Shown: positions 1-7,997 of the stretch, piece after piece | How the letters are laid out: each line of letters opens with the position of its first letter | How positions within the stretch are numbered: the stretch's first letter is position 1 | From: an uncultured Planctomycetota bacterium | GTDB lineage: Bacteria; Planctomycetota; Planctomycetia; Isosphaerales; Isosphaeraceae | Length of the DNA stretch: 64,000 bases | Assembly (NCBI GenBank): GCA_963737655.1 | Contig: CAVTTN010000002.1 | Coordinates: 7,264,001 to 7,328,000 of the forward strand | Direction of reading: 5' to 3' | Notes under the pieces: model-generated | Databases searched by the model: none | Seen by the model: only the letters and a program-made list of their open reading frames with translations | Told to the model about the DNA's origin: nothing | Made by a program: the position numbers and the translations under genes

Positions 1-776
1 AGGTTGAACCGGCAGGCCTGGGCCCGGCTCGCCCGATCGGTCCCGATCTTCCGGGACTGGACCAGGGCCGAATGGAGGTACAGGTTGTGCGGCATGACCG
101 TCGCGCCGAGGATGCCGATCGCCACGAACAGCGAGCCGTCGATCGACCCTTTCTCGTCCTTCGGCAAGCTCGGCCAGAAGCCCCGAAGCAGGGAGGGGAA
201 GTCGGGCCGGGCCCAGAGGATCTCGACCAGGAAGCAGCCGCCGATGGTGACCACCAGCGCGAGGATGGCGGCCTCCATCTTCCTCATCCCCCACTTCTGG
301 AGCCAGAGGAGCAGGAAGGTATCCAGGGCCGCGACCAGGCACCCCCAGAGCATCGGAATGCCCAGCAGCAGCTTCAGGGCGATCACCGTGCCGATGACCT
401 CGGCCAGATCGGTGGCGGCGATGGCGACCTCGGCCAGGAGCCAGAGGGCCACGTTCACCTTGCGGGGATACTCCGCCCGGCAGGCCTGCGCCAGGTCGTG
501 CCCGGTGACCACCCCGAGCCTCGCCGAGAGGGTCTGGAGCAAGACGGCCATCGCGTTGGACATCAGCAGGACCCAGATCAGCGAATAGCCGAACCGGGCC
601 CCGCCCTCCAGGTCCGTGGCCCAGTTGCCCGGGTCCATGTAACCGACGCTCACTAAATACGCCGGACCGAGAAAGGCAAAGAGCCGTTTCAAGGGATTGC
701 GATGACTCGTGGCGACCGTCCCGTGGACCTCGTCCAGGGACTTCCGCGGCTCGATCCGTTCTATGCTCACCGCCAT
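1..776 (-). CDS. mntH: Nramp-family Mn2+/Fe2+ transporter (3' end runs off the window)
   Basis: Manual minus-strand translation from ATG 776: MAVSIERIEPRKSLDEVHGTV...FLGPAYLVSVGYMDPGNWATDLEGGARFGY...GILGATVMPHNLYLHSALV. Carries the Nramp DPGN and MPHNLYLHS signatures. Not in the ORF track because it is truncated. Confidence 0.95.
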   Translation of the reverse strand, partial: MAVSIERIEPRKSLDEVHGTVATSHRNPLKRLFAFLGPAYLVSVGYMDPGNWATDLEGGARFGYSLIWVLLMSNAMAVLLQTLSARLGVVTGHDLAQACRAEYPRKVNVALWLLAEVAIAATDLAEVIGTVIALKLLLGIPMLWGCLVAALDTFLLLWLQKWGMRKMEAAILALVVTIGGCFLVEILWARPDFPSLLRGFWPSLPKDEKGSIDGSLFVAIGILGATVMPHNLYLHSALVQSRKIGTDRASRAQACRFN

Positions 777-893
777 GACGGCTCCCAGCCGGACCCCTCT
801 CACCGCGACCTCGCCATCCTAAACCACGATGGTGGCGAACACAAGGTCGCGTTTTGGGGGCACCGTATCGATCTATCTTATCGCCGAAATCTA

Positions 894-913
894 GATTTTG
901 GTCAAGCAAAATC
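894..913. promoter_or_regulatory. Palindromic operator candidate (MntR/DtxR-like) upstream of mntH
   Basis: GATTTTG-gtcaag-CAAAATC perfect 7-bp dyad in an AT-rich patch about 120 bp upstream of mntH. Confidence 0.5.
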
Positions 914-1017
914 GGTCCGATCGGGACATGGTACGCCGAATGCACTGATTTTTCCCGACGTCGGGCCGCGTCCCCGGGGACGAGAGGCCCAGACGAACCC
1001 ATCCAGGAGTGCTCCTC

Positions 1018-1443
1018 ATGAAACGCATCGCAGGTCTGATCGGCGCCGCGGCGTTGACGATCGGGATGGCCGCGACCCCGGCCAGGGCGCAGTTCTCGCT
1101 GTCGATCGGCAACCCGTATGGATATGGGACGGGGCTGGGCATCGGCAACTACGCCGGCTACGGCAACTACGGCTACGGCATGGGCGGCTACGGACTGGGC
1201 GGCTACGGACTGGGCGGGACGACGTACTACGGCTCGGGCTACTCCGGCTACTCCCCGCTGAACTACGGGTACGGGACGTCCTATTACGGGTCGAGCTACG
1301 GCTACCCGTACAGCTCGTTCGGGGGGTATCGGTCCTACGGCAATCCGGGATACGGCTACCGGAACTACGGCTACCGGAACTACGGCTACGGCCGAGGGAT
1401 CGGCGGCTTCGGGAACGTCCGTCGGGCCTTCCGCCGGAGGTGA
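1018..1443 (+). CDS. Secreted Gly/Tyr-rich low-complexity protein
   Basis: AGGAG before ATG; signal peptide ending ARA-Q; GYG/NYG repeats; basic C-terminus. Confidence 0.8.
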   Translation: MKRIAGLIGAAALTIGMAATPARAQFSLSIGNPYGYGTGLGIGNYAGYGNYGYGMGGYGLGGYGLGGTTYYGSGYSGYSPLNYGYGTSYYGSSYGYPYSSFGGYRSYGNPGYGYRNYGYRNYGYGRGIGGFGNVRRAFRRR

Positions 1444-1585
1444 GCCGATCTCGGCGGCGGGGCGAAATCCCCGGAGGCCGATGCCTCGACTCGTCCCGCA
1501 TCGTACAATGGAACGAGCCGAGGGGCCGATCACGCCCATCGGCCCGTTTCGGTTCGGAGTCGATCGACCAGGTGGGGGCCCAACG

Positions 1586-2002
1586 ATGACGCGATTCCTG
1601 GGAGCGGCGGTCCTCTTCGGGACGATCCTGGCCGCCGTCCCGGCCCGGGCTCAGGTGGCCGGCGGGGGAGCGTCTCCGTACTACGGCCCCAATTCGGCCT
1701 ACGGGGCCCCGGGCAACTACGGGATGGCCTGGGGCTATTCCAGCTACGGAGTCCCCCGGACCTACACCTCGTTCAGCTCGCCGGGGCCGGGCTATGCCTA
1801 CGGCTACCAGCCCTATGGGTTGGCCCCCGTCCGCTATGGAGTGGGCCTGTGGAGGCCGGGATTCGCGACCCCGGGATACATCTACGGGACCGGCTATTAC
1901 CAGACGTTCCCCGTGCCGTTCCGGGCCGTCCCGTTCGGCTCGACCCCGCCGGTCGGCATGTACGCCCCCGGCTTCGGCGCCCCGAGCACTTACGGCTGGT
2001 GA
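1586..2002 (+). CDS. Secreted Gly/Tyr/Pro-rich protein
   Basis: MTRFLGAAVLFGTILAAVPARAQ signal peptide followed by a Y/G/P-rich body. Confidence 0.75.
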   Translation: MTRFLGAAVLFGTILAAVPARAQVAGGGASPYYGPNSAYGAPGNYGMAWGYSSYGVPRTYTSFSSPGPGYAYGYQPYGLAPVRYGVGLWRPGFATPGYIYGTGYYQTFPVPFRAVPFGSTPPVGMYAPGFGAPSTYGW

Positions 2003-3159
2003 TCGCCGCGGAGCCCGTCGTCCTCGCCCGATCCTGATCCCCCGAACACGGTCCGGGCGATGGCCACGGTCACGCCCGGACCCTTTTTCTTGGGGACGAC
2101 CAGCTCCGACGCCCCCGCCGCGAGCAGGGCCGCCGGCTCCGAAACCCCCGGGATGCCGATCTTGCGCCGGACCACCTCGCTCGGCGAAACGGTCCCCGTC
2201 ACCTCGGCGAGGATTTCGGGAAGATAGGCGAGCAGAGGGACATTTCGCGATCCGGCAAACGCGATCAATCCCGGCTCATCGGCCTTCAACGAGACCGTGG
2301 CGACGGCCCGGAGGCTGCTCAGGCTCCATCCGGATTCGGAAAATGCCTGCGCGACGTGAGAACCGATCGTCTCGGCCGGCACGCCCCGCTTGCAGCCCAC
2401 CCCGGCCACGAGCGACCTCGGCCGATAGACGATCGAGCGATCGGCGGGGACCGATTCGGGGATGGCCAGGCGGTCGCTGATGACCAGGACGGCCGAGAAT
2501 CCCCCGCGATGGAGGGCCTCCGGGTCGTCGATCCGGCGGAAATGAGCCGGCCAGGGGCCGAAGGGCCGCCACCAGTCGGGCTCGCCCGAATCCTGGATCA
2601 CGGCCACGGGTTCCCGGCGGACGACCGAGGCGGCCACCCGAGTGAGGTTCTCGGCCCGTTCGATCGTCCAGCCGAGGTCCCGGCCGATTCGATCGACGGC
2701 GGGCAGCGCGTGGGCGTCGCTGGCCGTGGTGACGACGGCCACGGCGCCGAGGGCGGCGGCGACCGCTTCGGCCAGATCGTTGGCGCCTCGTCCGTGGCCG
2801 CCGAGGACCGCGATGGCGAACCGGCCCGCGTCGTCCACCACGACCACCGCCGGATCGGTCCTCTTGTCGGCCAGGAGAGGGGCCACGAGGCGGACCACGA
2901 TCCCCAGCGCCATCACGGCGAGGATTTCCTGGTGTTCCCGCCAGATTCCGGGCAGGGCGAGCCGCAGGGGGCCGAGCCATCCCCGAACGCCCGGCTCGTC
3001 GGCGGGGAACGTTTCCGTTACGATCGGCGAGGGCGAGGGCCCTCGGCACGAGCCGACCACGCACGACGGGCCGAAGATGGTGGCGCCCGGGCGGACGCTT
3101 CGGAGCGTCCTCGCCAGGTCGAGGCCGGATCGCGACAGGACGAGGATGGCCGTGCTCAT
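1990..3159 (-). CDS. cbiG: Cobalt-precorrin-5A hydrolase CbiG
   Basis: VMALGIVVR, DKRTDPAVVVVD..GRFAIAVLGGH..GAN, VTTASD, GVGCKRG, K.DE.G and GVSEPAAL motifs; start chosen at MSTAILVLS. Confidence 0.9.
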   Translation of the reverse strand: MSTAILVLSRSGLDLARTLRSVRPGATIFGPSCVVGSCRGPSPSPIVTETFPADEPGVRGWLGPLRLALPGIWREHQEILAVMALGIVVRLVAPLLADKRTDPAVVVVDDAGRFAIAVLGGHGRGANDLAEAVAAALGAVAVVTTASDAHALPAVDRIGRDLGWTIERAENLTRVAASVVRREPVAVIQDSGEPDWWRPFGPWPAHFRRIDDPEALHRGGFSAVLVISDRLAIPESVPADRSIVYRPRSLVAGVGCKRGVPAETIGSHVAQAFSESGWSLSSLRAVATVSLKADEPGLIAFAGSRNVPLLAYLPEILAEVTGTVSPSEVVRRKIGIPGVSEPAALLAAGASELVVPKKKGPGVTVAIARTVFGGSGSGEDDGLRGDHQP

Positions 3160-3222
3160 CATGCCCCGGATCATCGCGGATCGCCCCCTCCGCTCGCAAC
3201 GGCAACCGCTCGAGGCCCTGCC

Positions 3223-4541
3223 ATGACGATTCCGCCGATCGCCCGGGTCCGCCAGACCGCGCCGCAACCCCGGGTCGAGGACGTCCCCGCCGCGGTCCGC
3301 TCGGCGATCCTCTCGGGAGACCTTTCGAAGCGGGTGAAGCCCGGAGGGACGATCGCCGTCGGGGTCGGCAGCCGAGGGATCGGCGACATCGCCACCATCG
3401 CCCGGACGACCGTCGAGACCCTCCGGGATCTCGGCTTCCGGCCCTTCCTCGTCGCCGCGATGGGGAGCCACGGAGGGGCCACCGCCGACGGCCAGCGCCA
3501 ACTCCTGGCCGAATACGGGATCACCAGCGAGGCGATGGGGGTCGAGGTCCGCACGGCGATGGACACCGTGGTCCTCGGCACCAGCCCGATCGGCCTGCCG
3601 ATCCATTTCGACGCCAACGCCCATGCCGCCGACGGGATCGTGTTGATCGGCCGGGTGAAGCCGCACACCGACTTCCGCGGCCGATTCGAGAGCGGCCTTT
3701 TGAAGATGCTGACCATCGGCCTGGGCAAACGGGCCGGCGCCGAACAGGTCCACAAGCTGGGCCTCCGCGGGATGATCGAGGTCCTGCCGCGGGTCGGCGA
3801 GTTCCTCGTGAAGAACACGCCGTTCGCCCTCGGGATCGCCATCCTGGAGAACGCCGACGACCACCCGGCGGAGATCGTGGGCGTCTCGCCCGACGAGATC
3901 CTCGACGTCGAGCCGCGATTGCTCGACCGGGCCCGGGGCTCATGGCCCGGCTGCCGTTCGATCGGATCGACGTCCTGATCGTCGGCGAGCTCGGCAAGAA
4001 TTATTCCGGGGCCGGGATGGACCCGAACGTGATCGGCCGCTTGATGATCGAGACCCAGCCGGATTTCGACCGGCCCGTGATCACGCGATTGGCCGTCCTG
4101 GACGTCTCCGAGGAAAGCCACGGCAACGCGGTGGGCATCGGCTTCGCGGACCTGACCACGGAACGGCTCGTCGCGAAGATCGACGCGAACGCCTTCCGGA
4201 CCAACGTCCTGACGGCCTGCTTCCTCGAACGCGCCCGGGTGCCGATGGCCCTGCCCACCGACCTTTCGGTGATCGAGACCGCCCTGAGCACCTGCTGGCG
4301 GACCGACCCGGCCGAAAGCCGCCTCGTCCTGATCCCGAACACCCTGGAGCTGGGGACGCTCTGGGTCGGGCCGGCCCTGGACGAGGACGTGCGGGCCAAC
4401 CCCCACCTCGTCCGGGAGACGGATTACCTCCCGATGCCGATCGGCCCCGACGGCCGGCTCGATCAGGCCGCCCTCTTCCCCGGAAGCATCCGGGCGATGA
4501 GGAGGACGGCTCGCCCGGCTGGCCTGCCCACCAACGGGTGA
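3223..4541 (+). CDS. LarA-like (lactate racemase N-terminal/DUF362-type) protein, split by a 1-nt frameshift near 3935
   Basis: GSRGI, MGSHGGAT, RVKPHTDF, ESGLLKM and GKNYSGAGMDPNVIGR motifs. One extra G in GCCCGGGGCTCATG gives continuous RARGLMARLPFD. Confidence 0.8.
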
Positions 4542-4562
4542 GCAGGCCGGCGGAATCCCGGC

Positions 4563-5696
4563 CTACTGGCCCTTCTTGCTCGTCGGGTGACGATCTTCCT
4601 CGCCCCTCTCCGCGTTGTTCTTCGGCTCGCCCTTCTTGGTGCGGAAGAGCTTCTTCATCTCGGGGTCGAGCGTGGGATCGGCGAGGATCTGGGGGATCAT
4701 GTCGTCCTTTTCGGGGCCGGTGGCCCGGTACATCGGGACGTGGACCTCGATGCGGTCGGGCACGGTCTCGCCGCGGATCAGGGCCAGGGCCGCGTCATAG
4801 GCGCGGACGACCGGCTCGTGGACGTTCCGGTCCACGACCCCGGCGGCGACGTTGTACCGGGCGAGGTCGAACGTGATCTTCTCGTGCGAATAGCCGGCGA
4901 TGACGAACCGGCGCTTCTTGTGGTCGAGCTTGTTGCGGAACTTGGCGGCCCCGACGAGCGAATGATTCTCGGTGGCGACGACGATGGCGATCTCGGGATG
5001 GCTCTCGAGCGCCCGGGCCATCGCCTGCCGGCCCTCCTCGATCAGGCCGGAGAACGCGACGTCGGGCAGGACGCGGACGCCCTTGTCCTCGAACGCCTTG
5101 TGCAAGGCGGCGATCCGCTCGCGATCGTGGTCGTCATGGGGGCCGTTGACCAGGATCTGGGCCGGGCCATCGGCCGGGAAGCCGAGCGATCGCGCGTCCT
5201 CCACGGCGGCAGCGACGAGCTTCTGGGCCGTTTCCTCCTCGGTCGTGTAGGCGACCTTGGGTACGGGTTTGCCGTCGAGCTTGGCGTCGCGGTCGAGCAG
5301 GACGATCGGGACGTTGGCGTCCCGGGCCTCCTTCAGGGCGGTCACGACGCTCGGGTCGCCGTTGGGGAGGACGACCAGGGCCGAGATCCCTCGGGCCACG
5401 GCGTCGCGGATCAGCTCGGCTTCCTTGGTCGGCGGGTCGTCCGGCGAGGGCCGGAAGATCTCGACGAGGCTCTGGGTCTGGACCCCATGGCGGCGGGCGT
5501 CCTGCTCCCAGATCTCCAGCTCCACGGGCCCGGAGCCGGGCAGGACCACGCCGACGGTCCGGGTCTCGGAAACCGGAGGCGGAGGGAGATTCACGGTGGA
5601 AGTCCCCCCGCCGGCCCCGGGCCCATCGCAGCCGACCCCCCACGCCAGGGAGGAGATCGCCAGGACCGCCCACCCGCTCCGAATCCGACCGACCAT
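4563..5696 (-). CDS. Periplasmic sugar-binding (RbsB/LacI-type) lipoprotein
   Basis: Lipobox-like GVGC; IRDAVARGISALVVLP...ALKEARDANVPIVLLDR is typical of this binding-protein fold. Confidence 0.8.
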   Translation of the reverse strand: MVGRIRSGWAVLAISSLAWGVGCDGPGAGGGTSTVNLPPPPVSETRTVGVVLPGSGPVELEIWEQDARRHGVQTQSLVEIFRPSPDDPPTKEAELIRDAVARGISALVVLPNGDPSVVTALKEARDANVPIVLLDRDAKLDGKPVPKVAYTTEEETAQKLVAAAVEDARSLGFPADGPAQILVNGPHDDHDRERIAALHKAFEDKGVRVLPDVAFSGLIEEGRQAMARALESHPEIAIVVATENHSLVGAAKFRNKLDHKKRRFVIAGYSHEKITFDLARYNVAAGVVDRNVHEPVVRAYDAALALIRGETVPDRIEVHVPMYRATGPEKDDMIPQILADPTLDPEMKKLFRTKKGEPKNNAERGEEDRHPTSKKGQ

Positions 5697-5826
5697 CGTC
5701 GAGATCCTCCCCGAAATCGCGAGAACCTCGCCCCGACCAGGCCCGATCGACCTCGACGGGGCGTGGCCGTCTCCCCTTCATCTTACCCACCCCGACCGCC
5801 CCCCGCCAGCGGCCCTGGAGGCGGGG

Positions 5827-6025
5827 AAGGGTCATTCCCAGGTCGTCCAGCCGAGGAAAAGGGACGGGCCCGGGCTGGACCCGGCCCGGGCCCGTCCCCG
5901 TTCCCCGTATCCTTTCCCCTCTGGCCGGCGCGTGTCGGCGAAAATGGGGAAGGGGCCCTCCGCGCCGCCCCGGAGCCCGTCCCTCCCCGGATTTCGCCTC
6001 GGCGGACGACCTGGGAATGGCCCTT
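5827..6025 (+). ncRNA. Candidate ~200-nt rod-like structured RNA or inverted-repeat element
   Basis: 5827-5856 pairs with 5997-6025 (29 bp, one G-U, one bulge). Inner helices: 5861-5874 with 5969-5983, and TTCCCCGT with ATGGGGAA. The mismatches I checked form G-U pairs on the + strand. Confidence 0.4.
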
Positions 6026-6121
6026 GAAGCGAGGCCGACCCCCTCTTGGCGACCATTACGCCGATCCCTACCATGGAAGGCTCTCGACCGCCCTCGCATC
6101 GAGCCCTGCCCGGGAGCCGCC

Positions 6122-6967
6122 GTGGCCTCTCCTTCGCATCGAATCCGCCTGCTGGCCCTGGACGTGGACGGGACCTTGCTGGACGGCCGGGGCGGGCTGA
6201 GGCCCCGGACGGCCCGGGCCGTCCGCGACGTGACCCGCCACGGGATCGTCCCGGTCCTCTGCACCGGCCGGCGGTTCCGCCGCGCCCGGCCCGTCGCCGA
6301 GGAGCTCGGCCTGGACGCCCCGATCGTCTGCAACTCCGGGACCCTGGTGAAGGAGGCGCTCGAGGGCAAGACCCTCCTGCGGGCCGACTTCGACGAGGCC
6401 CTGTTCGGCCGGATTGCCGCGATGTTCCGGGCCCGGGGCGAGCCGGCCGTCAGCTTCCTGGACGACGGCCCCGGCGCGTTCGATTTCGCCGTGGCCACCG
6501 AGACGACCGGCCGCCCCCTGTTCGATGAATACGTCGATCTGAACCGGCGATTCGCGAGGGTCGATCCCGACTGGGGCGGTCCCGGATCGAGTCATTTTCA
6601 CGTCTGCGCCATCGGCGAGAGGCCGGCGATGCTCGCGTTCGAGGAGGCCGTGCATGCGACGCTTCCCGGGCTCGTGCGGACCTTCGTCCAGAAGAGCCCG
6701 GCCTACTCGGGGACGATGTGCGAATTGCTCCATCGAGACGCCAGTAAGTGGTCGGCCGTGCTGCACCTGGCCGATCTCTGGGGGATCGTTCCCGAGGAGA
6801 TCTGCGCGGTGGGCGACGACATGAACGACCTGCCGATGATCGCCGGGGCGGGCCTGGGCGTGGCGATGGCCCACGCGCCGAAGGCCGTCCTGGACGTGGC
6901 CGACATCGTGACCGGGACGAACGACGAGGACGGCCTCGCCGCGTTCCTCGAAGCCCATTTCGCCTGA
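6122..6967 (+). CDS. Cof-type HAD hydrolase
   Basis: LALDVDGTL, CTGR and GDDMNDLPMI HAD motifs; probable GTG start. Confidence 0.92.
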   Translation: MASPSHRIRLLALDVDGTLLDGRGGLRPRTARAVRDVTRHGIVPVLCTGRRFRRARPVAEELGLDAPIVCNSGTLVKEALEGKTLLRADFDEALFGRIAAMFRARGEPAVSFLDDGPGAFDFAVATETTGRPLFDEYVDLNRRFARVDPDWGGPGSSHFHVCAIGERPAMLAFEEAVHATLPGLVRTFVQKSPAYSGTMCELLHRDASKWSAVLHLADLWGIVPEEICAVGDDMNDLPMIAGAGLGVAMAHAPKAVLDVADIVTGTNDEDGLAAFLEAHFA

Positions 6968-7009
6968 CTGACTGACCGACTGACCGCACGGAACGGAACG
7001 GACGTCGCC

Positions 7010-7894
7010 ATGATCGTGTACGAACCGTCCTGGACGCCCCAACCCGAGGCCGACGCCACCCTGGAGGAAAACTGGCTGTTCCGGCTCCGCCGAGAGCGAT
7101 TCCGGTCGAGGAATTCGGGGAAGGCGCACGACTTCTTCGTGCTCCACCTGGCCGATGTCGTCAACGTGATCGCCCTGACGAGGGGTCGCGAGCTGGTTTT
7201 GGTCCGCCAGTTCCGCGCCGGCTCGGGCCAGGACAGCCTGGAGACGCCCGGAGGGCTGCTCGACCCGGGGGAAGACCCGCTCGACGCCGCGGCCCGCGAG
7301 CTTCTGGAAGAGACCGGCTATGCCGGCGACGAGCCGAGGGTCCTGGGGACCGTGTGGTCCAACCCGTCGATCCTGACCTCCCGGGCCACCACGGTGGTGA
7401 TCGCCAACGCCGAACAACGGGCCGTCCCGAAGCTGGACGAGGGCGAGGAAGTCGAGGTCGTCCGGGTGCCGGCCCGGCGCATCCCGGAGTCCATCCGCAA
7501 TGGAGAGATCAACCATTCCCTGGTCGTCGCCGGCCTGCTCTGGTGGATGACCTCGGAGCTCCCCGATTCGCCGATGGAGGCGTGGCCGGGTTCGGGCTCC
7601 CCCTGGCTCCAGTTCCGCATTCGCTCGCTGATCACCCTGGTCACCGGCAGCGCCCTGGTCTTCGGCTTCGTGGCGAATTTCGGGGTCTTGCCGCTGATCG
7701 TCCTGGCGACGATCTTCCTGTTCGGGCTCTCTCACTGGCTGATCCAGTGGAAGCTGGATCCGCCGACTGATTGTCCATTGATCGCCGAAGCCTGGGTGCC
7801 GAAGCGGAAGCTGATGAGGGTCCTGGCCTCGTTCGGCCTGAGCTTCCTGATCTTCGCCGCATTGGCGATCCTCGTCTCCGTCGCCAGGCGCTGA
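7010..7894 (+). CDS. NUDIX hydrolase (ADP-ribose pyrophosphatase-like) with C-terminal membrane extension
   Basis: Nudix box GGLLDPGEDPLDAAARELLEETGY; about 3 hydrophobic segments at the C-terminus. Confidence 0.9.
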   Translation: MIVYEPSWTPQPEADATLEENWLFRLRRERFRSRNSGKAHDFFVLHLADVVNVIALTRGRELVLVRQFRAGSGQDSLETPGGLLDPGEDPLDAAARELLEETGYAGDEPRVLGTVWSNPSILTSRATTVVIANAEQRAVPKLDEGEEVEVVRVPARRIPESIRNGEINHSLVVAGLLWWMTSELPDSPMEAWPGSGSPWLQFRIRSLITLVTGSALVFGFVANFGVLPLIVLATIFLFGLSHWLIQWKLDPPTDCPLIAEAWVPKRKLMRVLASFGLSFLIFAALAILVSVARR

Positions 7895-7997
7895 GGGCGG
7901 TTCGCGGACCGCGTTGGATGAGGGAGTCGTCGGCCCGGGACGGTCCCTCGAACCACGGATTCCTCGCCGATCGAGGACCGACGGCGAGTCCGGCCCG

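Noticed and set aside
4..656. Plus-strand ORFs 4..588 and 72..656
   Set aside because: Antisense shadows of mntH, whose motifs are clear on the minus strand
777..900. Mn riboswitch (yybP-ykoY) upstream of mntH
   Set aside because: No recognisable conserved core; an operator-like dyad explains the region better
3160..3222. Cobalamin riboswitch upstream of cbiG
   Set aside because: The intergenic gap is only about 60 bp and has no B12-box
6964..7003. (TGAC)n and (GGAAC)n micro-repeats after the HAD gene
   Set aside because: Too short and degenerate to support a function
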